DNA from: Candidatus Latescibacterota bacterium
GTDB taxonomy: Bacteria > Latescibacterota > UBA2968 > GCA-2709665
NCBI GenBank assembly: GCA_965208835.1
Contig: OZ242358.1
Span: 3,360,001-3,424,000 of the forward strand
DNA: 64,000 nt
Direction of reading: 5' to 3'
Position numbers and translations under genes: made by a program. The notes beneath the pieces were generated by a model. The model saw nothing but the letters and a program-made list of their open reading frames with translations. It did not search any database and had not been told where the DNA came from. This document shows positions 1 to 10,324 of the stretch, piece after piece; the stretch's first letter is position 1, and every line of letters starts with the position of its first letter.

Positions 1-416
1 CCAGGCCGCCTTAGGCCTGGCGCCGGAAGCCGATGTATTATGCGAGGGTTCGGCCAATAAAGTCTCTATTTGAGACGAATCGAATCTGAGCACATCACAA
101 AAACCGAACGCCCGATTCGCACACACTTCGCCGTAATCCTCGCCAAAAACCAGCGAAGTTAGCGCCTGTAGTACGCCTGCGTGTGTAACCACCAGGACAC
201 TCCCAGATTCGACGAATCTTCCAATCTCATGCAGGCCAGCCGTCACCCTGTCCAGAAATTCGGCCGTACGCTCCACGCCCGGTATCAAATCAGGAATCAC
301 TCGGTCTGTCTTTCTGTCGAAGCATTCGGGAAACCGCGCGGTCTGTTGGGCGCGGGTAAGGCCCTGAAACGCTCCCTCGCCTCTTTCAGCTAGGTTATCC
401 GATTGAAGGCCATTTT

Positions 417-554
417 CGACGTCCAATTGGCGTGACAAGAGTTCGGCCGTCTGAATGGCCCGACCAAGTGAAGAGGTCACGACTGTGCCGAAATTCTCGG
501 ACTTCAGTCTTTCACCAAGCTCGCGTACTTGACTCACGCCGACGTCGGTTAGCG
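417..554 (-). other. degenerate attC-like site
   Basis: Minus-strand CGCTAAC (548-554) with imperfect arms ggcgtga-caag / cttgactcacgcc; R' end degenerate. Confidence 0.35.
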
Positions 555-706
555 GCGAATCCAGGCAGCCTTGCGTTCGGCCCTCGACCTTCCAGACTGT
601 CTCTCCATGCCTGACGCAAGCGATGGTTCTCTTCGATGCCGCTACGGTAGGTTGAAGCCCACATGCGGACTTTGTCATTTTTTTTCGTTTTCCTTGGAGC
701 GACTCC

Positions 707-1930
707 CTAGAATGCGCAGTCAAAATCCCACATGCAGAGTTGACCTCTTGGAAACAGAGTACTCAATAGATTCGCTTCCGTTTTCTTTAGTTCTAAATTG
801 TTGGAGAATACGATATGTTCGATCCCCATATCCCCAAAAAGCAGTTTTATCAACTGTTCCTGGTTGAGGTGGAGAGTTATGTCCGGCATGACCGATTCTG
901 TCAAAATGGACAATACCCCTTCATTGATATTCAAGATCTGAATACCAGCTTCATATTGAATGGCGATAAAGCCCTTCCATTGATTGAAATCAGATTCTGC
1001 AAGCCGCAGCGTCAATAGAGGTGTGATCTTTCGCAAGATAGATTCAAAGTTGATAATCCGAACCATCATATTATTGGATTCGAGCCGGTTAACTTTGCAC
1101 CCTGCATCTTCAAACAAGCTTTGGAATTTCAATGGAACAAGAGCATCCATCGTCTCTACGCCTTCAGCCTTGGCACAAACAAATACGTGCTTGAGTAGAT
1201 TGACCAGTTCTCGATCCTGGCCTTGGGAGAACCCAATTTCGACGATATCCCAATCGACGGATCTCAGGTAAGCTGACAACTCGCCATTTCCTCTTGCCTT
1301 CCAATAGAGGGCAGGTTCATCTTTGAGATATTCTATCTGATGATCCCAATAGGTAGAATTCCTTACCACTGAACCTGAATGTAATGAGTTAAATTGATCA
1401 TAGGTTGCGATTATTCCGTTCGGATCATTTTTAAAAGAACCACAATCTATATGCGATTCATCTGGCGCTCGCAATCCGCCGTCCCTCGGAAGATCCAATC
1501 TCATGCTGAATGTCGGGTAAACGACCCAACCAACTTTCGCATAATGAGAAGGAATTCGAGTCGTTAAGAATGAAATGTCATATCCGCTTTTTTTCATGTA
1601 AGAAGCGCTAACCTTCATCAATTGCGAGGAATAGCCTCTGTGCCGATAGTCTGGCAAAGTATACACACTTCCAATACCACCCATTTGTATGACACAGTTG
1701 CCAATATGAATTGGGCGACGAAAAATCTGAACCAGGCTCACAACTTTCCCGTCCAAGAAACATGCAAGTGTGTCATCTCTTGTAATCCATGGATCTTCCT
1801 GGAGATACTTGGCTTCGCGCTTGACCTGCCTGTCGTATTCCGTCTGATCGTCAACAGACTTATGAAAAAAGCAATGCACCGTGTCCATGAATTCAGACTG
1901 ATTGCCTGGAGAACGAAACTCGACTTTCAA
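707..1930 (-). CDS. Eis-like GNAT acetyltransferase with C-terminal SCP2-like domain
   Basis: GGIGSVYTLPDYRHRGYS acetyl-CoA motif; 407 aa; MMVRIINF-type C-terminal region; AT-richer than flanks. Confidence 0.8.
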   Translation of the reverse strand: MKVEFRSPGNQSEFMDTVHCFFHKSVDDQTEYDRQVKREAKYLQEDPWITRDDTLACFLDGKVVSLVQIFRRPIHIGNCVIQMGGIGSVYTLPDYRHRGYSSQLMKVSASYMKKSGYDISFLTTRIPSHYAKVGWVVYPTFSMRLDLPRDGGLRAPDESHIDCGSFKNDPNGIIATYDQFNSLHSGSVVRNSTYWDHQIEYLKDEPALYWKARGNGELSAYLRSVDWDIVEIGFSQGQDRELVNLLKHVFVCAKAEGVETMDALVPLKFQSLFEDAGCKVNRLESNNMMVRIINFESILRKITPLLTLRLAESDFNQWKGFIAIQYEAGIQILNINEGVLSILTESVMPDITLHLNQEQLIKLLFGDMGIEHIVFSNNLELKKTEANLLSTLFPRGQLCMWDFDCAF

Positions 1931-2126
1931 ATATCGCCACCGATCTATTAAATACCTTCCCGTTGCGGGCAGTAGGGCAATCGGTTTGTGGTTTTGACCC
2001 TATAATTCTCGAGATCTGGCATTCAAACCGGCATTTTGCAGAACGCTTCGTTAACCCTCAGCAGCCCCACTCAGAACCTAGCAAGTCGCGGGCCGACGTA
2101 CAGTGCGCACCATCAGGCTTCAGATT

Positions 2127-2882
2127 CTACATGACCGGCCTGAACCTGGCTTGAAGGATCCTGTGGGCTGACAACCCACCAAAAGGGGCGCCACAACGCC
2201 TGAGGTCCTCCGCAACCTTGCGGAAATCGTAACTCAATCTGTGATTCTCCACGTGCCACTCCTGCCCATCCCACCACACGCCGGCATATCCGGCTCGATG
2301 ATCTCCGTCATACGGAAACCCGATTGAATCAATGATGCTGTATCGCTGACCGCACGGAACGCCACAGGACGCGTAGTGAAGGTGTCCAGCCACGATCAGA
2401 TTGGCCCTCGCATCCCCCAGCAGTGTCCTGGCCTCGGCTTCCGGAGTAACCGGCCGCTGACTGAACGGAACAGGTTGAAGAACCAACATACCGTTCACGT
2501 CAGCAGGCGTTGCGTGCACAATGAGAAGATCGTCCTCCGGAGACCGCCCTCCCGGCGGCGTTATCCTGTGTTCAAATGGCAGTCCCTTCAGATAGCTCAG
2601 GCCATCCGTTCCCAGCTTCTCTCTCACCCAGTCCAGTCTTTCCCCGGAATGCCGTTCATCGAAGACCAACTGGTCTGTGTTCCCGTAGATCGTGGGGACC
2701 CCCAGACTTCGAATCGCGTCAAGACTCTCGGCCGGGCGGGGTCCGCTCAGCACCAGGTCGCCGGCGACCACCAGACGATCACAGGATTGGCGTTGCAGAT
2801 CCTCGAGAACAGCGTTGAGTGCAGCCACGTTGCCGTGAATGTCTGAAATGACCGCAACTGAGTATGGCAGGGTATCATTCAT
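2127..2882 (-). CDS. calcineurin-like metallophosphoesterase
   Basis: DIHGN, GDLV, GNTD, HA, GHLH motifs; start placed at MNDTL. Confidence 0.85.
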   Translation of the reverse strand: MNDTLPYSVAVISDIHGNVAALNAVLEDLQRQSCDRLVVAGDLVLSGPRPAESLDAIRSLGVPTIYGNTDQLVFDERHSGERLDWVREKLGTDGLSYLKGLPFEHRITPPGGRSPEDDLLIVHATPADVNGMLVLQPVPFSQRPVTPEAEARTLLGDARANLIVAGHLHYASCGVPCGQRYSIIDSIGFPYDGDHRAGYAGVWWDGQEWHVENHRLSYDFRKVAEDLRRCGAPFGGLSAHRILQARFRPVM

Positions 2883-2979
2883 TTCACATCTCAAGAATCT
2901 GGCTGTGGCGGTGAACGGTAGAATGTCGAAAATCAATCATCTGCGCCGGGTCGACGTCGATTCCTCCCACCTGAACAAC

Positions 2980-3855
2980 CTATATCTCAATCGTCGTAAG
3001 CTCGTCAGGATACACGATACAGCCGCTGTATCCATTCCCATGGTAGCCTCGACGCAGCCTGCCGACGACCTCGTCACTGTGCGGAGAACCGCAGTGGATG
3101 ACCACGACCCTCGATATGCCGGCTTCATTAGCGATGTCAACAACCTCTGAGATGTCCGCGCTGACGCCCCGGATCGGATGCGAAGCATCTTCGTCATTCT
3201 CTTTGAAATTGCGCATAGAGAGCCCCGTAACGAACGTATCGACCCCCCTGGCCAATGGCCTCAGTTCGGGACAGTCCGCTGCATCGCACAGGAAGAGCAC
3301 GCTGCCGCTATCCGTATCGATCCGGTACGCCAACTCGGTCAGGTAGGGGTCGACATGAGGAACCTGTACAGCCGTCGTCTTCCAACCCTTCCCCTCGACA
3401 ACGGCTCCTGAACTGATGTCGGATACGTCGACCTTCATGCCCGGGCGGGGAAGTCTTCCGCCTCTCCCCACGTGCCCGTGGTGGCTGATGTGGTGTTCTC
3501 GACGCGCAACGATATCAGGAAGGAAGGCGCCGTCCTTGCCAAAGAGGCGATCCACGAATTCCACCGTCGGAGGCGGACCAAAGACTCTGAGGGGACGAAG
3601 ATCGCCGGGATCGAGATCGAACCGCAGCAGGGCAAAGCACGGGAAATCAACGATATGATCCGAGTGATGGTGAGTCAGGAAAACCGAATTCACCTGTGCA
3701 GGGCTCATTCCCATGCGTGCCATCTTGTAGGTTGTGCCGGGGCCGCAATCAACCATGATTCGATCGTCGCCGATCTCGAGAATGCAGGAACACCCGTAGC
3801 GTTCACCCATACGGCTGGGACGCGGACCACCGTTACCGAGAATGTGTAGCTTCAT
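2980..3855 (-). CDS. MBL-fold metallo-hydrolase (RNase Z/AtsA-like)
   Basis: THHHSDH motif, DCGPG, N-terminal LG-x-GGP. Confidence 0.85.
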   Translation of the reverse strand: MKLHILGNGGPRPSRMGERYGCSCILEIGDDRIMVDCGPGTTYKMARMGMSPAQVNSVFLTHHHSDHIVDFPCFALLRFDLDPGDLRPLRVFGPPPTVEFVDRLFGKDGAFLPDIVARREHHISHHGHVGRGGRLPRPGMKVDVSDISSGAVVEGKGWKTTAVQVPHVDPYLTELAYRIDTDSGSVLFLCDAADCPELRPLARGVDTFVTGLSMRNFKENDEDASHPIRGVSADISEVVDIANEAGISRVVVIHCGSPHSDEVVGRLRRGYHGNGYSGCIVYPDELTTIEI

Positions 3856-3910
3856 TTGACAGTCACCGGACAGCCTTTCACGTATTATGCGCTCATGTTG
3901 GTCTTTTCGC

Positions 3911-4052
3911 CGCCAACTCTCGATTGTGCGGAAGAATCCGTTCGAAAAACCCCGTATGGCTCATTCGCTTTAGTGCAGTTCCATCAAACAAAGTAAGTGG
4001 TTCAGAGGTTTTCCGGGCGGCCAGGACGGGATAACAAAACGACGTGTTATAC
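3911..4052 (-). other. attC-like site, possibly a hybrid of two half-sites
   Basis: GTATAAC just after the GNAT stop and GTTGGCG at the far end; arms pair poorly. Confidence 0.45.
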
Positions 4053-4058
4053 GACGGC

Positions 4059-4505
4059 CTATTCCGCGTCCGGATTCACGGTTCCACAATAGAACTTGTA
4101 GTATCTGTGCTGCCGCAGTCCGAGCTCCTGGTAGAACGCGGCTGCTGGCGTAGCCTCATTGGCAATCAGGGACACAGACGCGTCTGATTCCCCAAGCGTG
4201 TCGAGCAGATGACGCACCAGGCTTCGACCATGGCCTGATCGACGTCGATCAGGTTCAACAAAGAGCTCCTGCATGTAGTAGTTGATTCGGTCCTGCCACG
4301 GATAACTGTATCCGAACATCGCTCCGACGACGTTATCGTTTTCGACGGCGACGAGACAGTGCCCGGGATCGAACCTCCAGAATCGACCGAGGTAGTGGTG
4401 GGCCTGGGCGACGCTCCACGATTCCTCGTACGGCCATTCGGAGAAGACCTTTACGAATAGACGTGCACAAGCTCCCAAGTCCTCCGACGTGACTGTGCGT
4501 ATCAT
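4059..4505 (-). CDS. GNAT N-acetyltransferase (AAC(6')-like)
   Basis: PYEESWS, ELFVEPDRRRSGHG, AAAFY motifs; start at MIRTV. Confidence 0.75.
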   Translation of the reverse strand: MIRTVTSEDLGACARLFVKVFSEWPYEESWSVAQAHHYLGRFWRFDPGHCLVAVENDNVVGAMFGYSYPWQDRINYYMQELFVEPDRRRSGHGRSLVRHLLDTLGESDASVSLIANEATPAAAFYQELGLRQHRYYKFYCGTVNPDAE

Positions 4506-4663
4506 ACCTGATTTCTCCTCGGATCCCGAATGCAAAAACAGTCCTGCTGCCGGTCGTAAGACGTTCCCACGGTTGGCGAAGGCCGGGTTTGACGAGGCGA
4601 TGTCGAAGCAAGTCATCGTTCTCGCCCGCGGCGAACACTCCCGCAACGAGGCAAGGATCCTGC

Positions 4664-5977
4664 TCAAATCCGGCCCTCTTCGGGTACCTCGCGCCCGCCG
4701 TCCCAGAACCCTGGCTTGTCGGTCTCCGTCGGCCAGTACCCGCCGGCGTCTTCATTCCATTGGTTTCCGCACATCGACGAGATGATGGTCCATTCCGCCG
4801 CCCCGAAATCCGGCTCGGGATGGTACAGGAAGCGCTTCAAACCCGCCTCCCGCGAAGCAGTCAGGATACCGTAGAGATCCCGTGCCTGCATCGGGTCGCC
4901 TCCGTGGGGGCGGCGACCCGTGGACACCCAGGCGATGACCTTGTCCGGATCGCCTATGGCCTCAAGTGCCCGCCGGGTCTCGTTGTAGACCACCCTGGAG
5001 AAGAATTCGTCGGGGAAACCCATCTCCATGTCCATAAGCGAGTTGACGCCGGGCAGATCGATGCCCAATAGCGCCTTCACGACGGCGAAACACTCCGCCT
5101 CGCTCAGGGACGGATTCCACTTTCGCAACCGTCTTACCCAGCGGGATATGGTCCCGTACATGCCGTCCATGCCGCGGTGCCAGAAATAGTGTTTCGGAAA
5201 GATATAGTCGAAATACTCCGCCATCTGACAGTAGTTCTGTCCGGTGAGCGATGACCACGCCGCGGCTCGCGGGATTCCGCCCAGCTCCACCCTGCGATCG
5301 ACGGCGTCGACCTGTTCCCGCAAATACTGCCAGTCGAAGCGAGAAAGCTCCTGCCGCTTGCGCAGCCAGTAGAGCACGTCCTCGTTGACGTCGAACAGGA
5401 GCATTGCCCCCAGCATCCCCCCGTCGGCGTGGAACCGCACCAATTCCGGTGTCAGATTATGCAAACGATCCCGCATGTGGTTGATGCCGCGTTGTATTCG
5501 ATCAATCTCGGCGCCGACCTGGGCGAAGCGGGCCTCCTCACCGGGTCGGACCTCCAGGAGCTCGCCCCCGTGGTGGAAGGCCAGCTCGTAGTGGTTTTCG
5601 CCCGGACCGTCGACAATGACGCCGTGTACCTGCGGAAAGGCGTTCATCTGGTCCTGCACGTGGGCGGTCGGGCCGCCACCTGCGAAAATCAGCAGTCGCC
5701 AGCCCCGCTTTGCGGCGTTGTCCAGCATTGCGTGCAGCTTCTTCTCTTTTGTGAGGTCGCGCGGACGCTGTTCCGGGACTTCCGCCCCCAGGGCCTCGTA
5801 CACCTTCGGGTCGGGAGCCCACGCCGGAATGGTGGTGCCGTCGTCCTGGAGGAATGTCATGCGGCCCACGGCCAGACCACGCACGCCGCCGTCCTCCCAG
5901 GCGTCGAACCGCTCCTCGAACCCGTCGAGCCAGTGTTCGAACGGGCTGTCACTGCAGGTGAATACCCAGAGTTTCAT
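4664..5977 (-). CDS. conserved hypothetical protein, paralog of 7257-8633
   Basis: 437-aa ORF with RBS; shares PKHYFWHRG and IAWVSTGRRPHGG with the paralog. Confidence 0.8.
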   Translation of the reverse strand: MKLWVFTCSDSPFEHWLDGFEERFDAWEDGGVRGLAVGRMTFLQDDGTTIPAWAPDPKVYEALGAEVPEQRPRDLTKEKKLHAMLDNAAKRGWRLLIFAGGGPTAHVQDQMNAFPQVHGVIVDGPGENHYELAFHHGGELLEVRPGEEARFAQVGAEIDRIQRGINHMRDRLHNLTPELVRFHADGGMLGAMLLFDVNEDVLYWLRKRQELSRFDWQYLREQVDAVDRRVELGGIPRAAAWSSLTGQNYCQMAEYFDYIFPKHYFWHRGMDGMYGTISRWVRRLRKWNPSLSEAECFAVVKALLGIDLPGVNSLMDMEMGFPDEFFSRVVYNETRRALEAIGDPDKVIAWVSTGRRPHGGDPMQARDLYGILTASREAGLKRFLYHPEPDFGAAEWTIISSMCGNQWNEDAGGYWPTETDKPGFWDGGREVPEEGRI

Positions 5978-6011
5978 TTTCCCCTCCTTTTGGCCTGCCA
6001 GGAGCGATTTC

Positions 6012-6108
6012 CGTCAACGGCCTTGCGATACCCGACGTTTCAGGAGCGTAGCGGAGGTATTGTGCCCGGAGGGCCGAAAAGCCGGATCCGCAGCTCGACG
6101 TGGTATAT
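6012..6108 (-). other. attC-like site downstream of the sulfotransferase
   Basis: R' GTTGACG; R'' mutated to ATATACC; arms tgcggatccggc / gtcgggtatcgca; homologous to 15440-15522. Confidence 0.55.
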
Positions 6109-6150
6109 GATTTGCCAGCCGGTATGGTCTGGGGTTCCCAACGACCAGCA

Positions 6151-6993
6151 TCAGACCCTGGTTTTGAAATGCGCACCTGCATCGTCGTCACCGAATAGCC
6201 AGCCAGTGTCATCGTTGCCAAATCGTTCATTTATCTCACTGGCATTGGGTAACAACGCGTAGGATTCAGGAGTGTTTATCTTTGAGGTTCGAGGATCGAG
6301 GTGGTAGTCCAGCTCATCACATCTGGGTAACTCGAGTCCCAGGAATCCGAAGATCTCCCTGGCTGCAGCGCGATTCGTTCCGAGGTCCCCGGTGTATAGA
6401 CTCTCGTAGTTGACCTTCATGTAAGTACCGATTGCGCGCCGTTCAATCACACTGTTGTAGCAGCCCCTGAGCTCTTTCGCGTATTCGAGACCGTCTTCGA
6501 TTTTCTTCAGGGAAACTGGCTTCAGATTCCGGTAGATGTGCCTGGTTTCCTCATTTAAGTCCGAGATCTGCCAGACTTTCGTTTGTTCGGCTATGCATCC
6601 GGAGACTTCGGCTCGCAGCAGATTCGCCCTTTGCAGGAAGATGACGGTGACCTCAGGAGAAAGCAACAGATGGGTGTATAGCTCTTTTGGAAGTTGGTAG
6701 CTGAGGATCTTTATCCCGTTGTACCTGGCGAAGAGATCGTCAAGGGCTTTCTCAAGCGACGGAACGTCCTCAATGAAGTCTACGTAGTTCCTCTCTCCCG
6801 GGTTTTCCTTTGCGTATCCGTGCCAGAACGGTTCAAGCGCGACGTTCATCAGCGGATGCAGCTGCAAAATGCGGTAGAGCGTCGTACTTCCGCTTCGCGC
6901 ATGTGCAAAGATGACGGTTCTTTCCGGAGGACTTGCCATCTCGTAATTCAAGAGTGCATCTATTTCCTGGGTACTCTGAATCCGCTTCTTCAC
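6151..6993 (-). CDS. Stf0-like sulfotransferase
   Basis: ARSGSTTL PAPS loop, EPF, LQRANLLRAEVS, YESL motifs. Confidence 0.75.
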   Translation of the reverse strand: MKKRIQSTQEIDALLNYEMASPPERTVIFAHARSGSTTLYRILQLHPLMNVALEPFWHGYAKENPGERNYVDFIEDVPSLEKALDDLFARYNGIKILSYQLPKELYTHLLLSPEVTVIFLQRANLLRAEVSGCIAEQTKVWQISDLNEETRHIYRNLKPVSLKKIEDGLEYAKELRGCYNSVIERRAIGTYMKVNYESLYTGDLGTNRAAAREIFGFLGLELPRCDELDYHLDPRTSKINTPESYALLPNASEINERFGNDDTGWLFGDDDAGAHFKTRV

Positions 6994-7025
6994 GAACTAC
7001 GCCATTCAACTTAGTGGGAGGCCAG

Positions 7026-7086
7026 ATGTCCGAGGACGATCAGAGGAGTCAAGTAGAAGCTCGATGGGAACAAATCGGCGAGGAAA
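7026..7086 (+). pseudogene. 5' remnant of a methyltransferase (intact copy at 18149)
   Basis: MSEDDQRSQVEARWEQIG nearly identical to MSEEDQRSQVEARWEQIG, then homology stops. Confidence 0.75.
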
Positions 7087-7256
7087 CGCCGGCCGGGGAT
7101 CAGGGCCTGTGGCGTCCGTTGCCAGGGGTCGCGGCGGATCGGGCCTTCCGGCGCATTGGGTGAATCACGTTGTGATTAGCCGGTTTCTGGGGACGTCGAT
7201 TCCCCGAGTCGGCGAAGCGACGAATCCCGCAGATAAGTCCCGCAACGGGCGCATGC

Positions 7257-8633
7257 CTACCTGCTGAACGCGTCGGGCCTGCCGGAGTCCGAGGGCCAGT
7301 ACGCGTCGCGGCTCGGGTGCCAGCGCTTGCCGCACAGGTCGGAGATCACGCTCCATTCGGGGGCGCTCAGATCAGGGTCCGGCTGGAACAGGAAGCGCTG
7401 CAGGCCGGCCCGCTCGGAGGCGGTCAGGATGCCGTGCAGGTCGCGGGCGGTCATGGGCTCGCCCCCATGCGGACGGCGCCCCGTCGACACCCAGGCGATC
7501 ACCTTGTTCACATCCCCGATGGCCTCCAGCGCTCGGCGCGTCTCGTTGTACACCAGCTCCGAGAAGAACTCCTCGGGGAACCCCAGTTCCATGTCCGCCA
7601 GGGTCTGCACCCCGGGAAGCTCCAGCCCCAGAAAGGCCTTGACCACGGCGAAGCCGTCTGCCTCCAACAGGGTCGGGTTCCAGTCCAGGACCTGCTGCAC
7701 CCAGCGGGCCATGGTGCCGTAGAGGCCGTCATTCCCGCGGTGCCAGAAGTAGTGCTTGGGGCAGACGTAGTCGAAGTACTCCGCCATCTCGCCAAATTCG
7801 TGCCCGGTCAGTGACGAGAAAGCAGCGGTGCGCGGAATGCCCCCCAGCTCCACCTTCCCTCCCAATCTCTGCATCTGCGTGTGCACGGCGCGCATGAACC
7901 CCCGCGCCGCTTCGCGGCGGGCGCGCAGCCAGTACAGGGCATCCTCGTTCAGGTCGAACAGGTTCAGTGCCCCCAGCATGCCGCCGGACGCGTGGTAGCG
8001 CACCAGATCCGGAGTCAGGTTGTGGAAACGCTCGTTCAGGTGCGCCATGCCGCGGGCGACGCGCTCCACATCGGCGCCGATGGCTTCCAGGCGGTGCCGC
8101 ATGCGACCGTCCAGTTCCAGTAGGGCCTGACCCCGATGGAAGGCAAGTTCGTAGAAGGTCTCACCGGGCTGGTCCAGGATGACGCCGTGGGCCTGGGGAT
8201 AGGCACTGGCCAGGTCGTGCACCCCGGCGGCCACCTCGATGGCCCCAAAAGGGTCCTCCTCCTCGGCTAGGCCGCTGGTGGTACCCTGGCCCCGCTGGTA
8301 GAGCAGCCGGAGCCCGTCTCTGGAGTCGAAGATCATGATGTGCCAGCCCCGGGAGGCGGCGTTGTCGAGGAGCGCGTGGAGCTGCTTCTCCCTCTCGGGG
8401 GTGCGGGCCGTTTCCGGGGGCGGCTTTATGCCGAACGCGGCGTACACCTTTGGGTCCGCCGCAAACGAGGGGGTGAGGGTGTCCCCCCACAACGGCATGC
8501 CGGCCTCGTTCCTGAGCCACATCCGTCCCACCACGATGCCGCCCACCCCTCCCGCCTCCCACGCGTCGAAGATGCGCGGGTAGTCGTCCAGCCAGCGCTC
8601 CAGGGGATTGTGCACGAAGATCCAGGGTACCAT
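7257..8633 (-). CDS. conserved hypothetical protein, paralog of 4664-5977
   Basis: Long ORF colinear with the paralog; start at MVPWIF after RBS. Confidence 0.8.
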   Translation of the reverse strand: MVPWIFVHNPLERWLDDYPRIFDAWEAGGVGGIVVGRMWLRNEAGMPLWGDTLTPSFAADPKVYAAFGIKPPPETARTPEREKQLHALLDNAASRGWHIMIFDSRDGLRLLYQRGQGTTSGLAEEEDPFGAIEVAAGVHDLASAYPQAHGVILDQPGETFYELAFHRGQALLELDGRMRHRLEAIGADVERVARGMAHLNERFHNLTPDLVRYHASGGMLGALNLFDLNEDALYWLRARREAARGFMRAVHTQMQRLGGKVELGGIPRTAAFSSLTGHEFGEMAEYFDYVCPKHYFWHRGNDGLYGTMARWVQQVLDWNPTLLEADGFAVVKAFLGLELPGVQTLADMELGFPEEFFSELVYNETRRALEAIGDVNKVIAWVSTGRRPHGGEPMTARDLHGILTASERAGLQRFLFQPDPDLSAPEWSVISDLCGKRWHPSRDAYWPSDSGRPDAFSR

Positions 8634-8664
8634 CGCGTCACCTCTCTCTCTGCATGATGGTCGG

Positions 8665-8760
8665 TTCCTTAACTGCACATTCAATGAGCATCCACAGCTA
8701 GAAACCCATCATGCCCAAGAGGAGGACAAGCAGGATTTCCCAAAGACCTATGCCGAACAT
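8665..8760 (-). pseudogene. small membrane protein remnant (PLDc_N-like)
   Basis: GGAGG RBS then MFGIGLWEILLVLLLGMMGF*LWMLIECAVKE; in-frame TAG where Trp would fit. Confidence 0.5.
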
Positions 8761-9001
8761 TCTCGCCTCCCTTGTTTTCGGTCAATCGAATAGTTGATAA
8801 TTATCTCGGGCTTTGGATTTGGAGTGAATATTCTGGACTCGTTGCACGACATTGTCATTGCTGACACCCAGGCGTGTTGCCGGAGGCCGATGGAACGAAC
8901 GCGACCGGCGCGCACGCGGACCTGTTATGCGTCTGCACAGGTTTTCGGAGTTGCAGGGGCAAACGGGGCACCTTAAACTGAGTCTTTCCGGGTCTTGTTT
9001 T

Positions 9002-9580
9002 TCAGTCTTGTTCACCCGTGTGAGCCAAGTACTGCAGCGCCAATGAAACGGCCGCAGCCCAGGACAAGACCTTGAACTCCCCAGTCCTGAGCGCATCCTC
9101 CAGCTCTTCACGAGCAAGATGCAGAAGCTCCTGGTCCTCGATGTCATCACTCGAAGGTTCTGCTACCGGTACAGCATCGCGGGCCAGGAATAAATACCGA
9201 ATACCGACGCCGCGATTGGGATCGACTTTGTAGCTGCCGAGGTCAATCCATTCGGTCGATTGAAATCCGGTCTCCTCCAGCAGTTCACGCTTGGCGGCGT
9301 CTAGAGGATCTTCCCCAGGTTCGATCATTCCTCCTACCGGAGCCAGGGATGTTCCCTCCACTGCATACTTCGTCTGACGAAAACAGAGGAACCTGCCATC
9401 GCAAGTGATGGCGAGGACAATCGCAGCGTCAGGACCAACAATCCATGGCCAGTCAGAGATAACCTGCCCATCCGGCCATTCCACTGTATGACTCTCAACG
9501 GTCAGGTACGGACCCTGATCTATGATCGTGCGACGGGAGAGGGTCTTGAACGGCCGCAGCTCCATACCTTCGGGTTCCAT
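9002..9580 (-). CDS. NUDIX hydrolase (ADP-ribose pyrophosphatase-like)
   Basis: GMIEPGEDPLDAAKRELLEETG Nudix box. Confidence 0.9.
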   Translation of the reverse strand: MEPEGMELRPFKTLSRRTIIDQGPYLTVESHTVEWPDGQVISDWPWIVGPDAAIVLAITCDGRFLCFRQTKYAVEGTSLAPVGGMIEPGEDPLDAAKRELLEETGFQSTEWIDLGSYKVDPNRGVGIRYLFLARDAVPVAEPSSDDIEDQELLHLAREELEDALRTGEFKVLSWAAAVSLALQYLAHTGEQD

Positions 9581-9641
9581 CTGTCCTCCGACGTTTACGC
9601 CCTGTTTCGGGAGGTTTTATTACGACGCCCGGTTGCCGTTT

Positions 9642-10091
9642 TTATCGTATTGGGGCTATCTCTTTGAACAGGAAAAGCTCCCCCCGGTCGTCCTCAAACG
9701 GGAAACCTGCCAGAAACCCGCACTCGGAAAACCCCATGTGTCTATGCCATGTCTGCGGCTCGTATTCATCTACAACGCACGAACTCAACAGGATCCTGTG
9801 GCCTCGGCGCCGCAGATCGGCTTCTACGAACGCCAACATAGCCTTCCCAACACCCTTTCGCTGGTGCTCACACAATACTTTTATCAGGCTGATGAATGCG
9901 GTGCCGCCATCATGTCCTGGCCACAAAAAGCACAGGTGAAGCATTCCCACGAGTTCACCCTGCAACTCCGCGACGATCACTTCGTTCATGCCGGAGATCT
10001 GCTCGGCAAATCGATTCGAGTCCAATGTGGCAGTCTTTACACACCACTCGACGTCTGCCTTGCCAGCAAGTCTCACCAGTATGTCTGTCAT
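9642..10091 (-). CDS. GNAT N-acetyltransferase
   Basis: HQRKGVGKAML motif A; WHRHMGF. Confidence 0.8.
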   Translation of the reverse strand: MTDILVRLAGKADVEWCVKTATLDSNRFAEQISGMNEVIVAELQGELVGMLHLCFLWPGHDGGTAFISLIKVLCEHQRKGVGKAMLAFVEADLRRRGHRILLSSCVVDEYEPQTWHRHMGFSECGFLAGFPFEDDRGELFLFKEIAPIR

Positions 10092-10119
10092 GGTCCACCG
10101 TATATCGCAGGACAATTAA

Positions 10120-10307
10120 CCTCAATGGGAAAAACAGCAACGCGGCTACGCGACAAAACCCTCCGAACCGGGGCGTTATCGACGTATAGAAGGACGTTTT
10201 TTCCTACACGTCGAGTGACCTGGTGTATCCTGGTAATCCGCCTTCTAATCGCCTTTATAAACTGGCACATATTCGAATTAACGTCCGCGAAAAATGACGA
10301 ATCAAGG
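10120..10307. mobile_element. MITE family A, copy 1 (~190 bp)
   Basis: CCTCAAT...GAATCAAGG ends; flanks TTAA/TCAA; similar to five other copies. Confidence 0.8.
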
Positions 10308-10324
10308 TCAAATCTCTGCCTGGT

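Noticed and set aside
1-412. Possible decayed cassette ORF and half attC at the window start
   Set aside because: Multiple stops, no recognisable product, and cut by the window edge.
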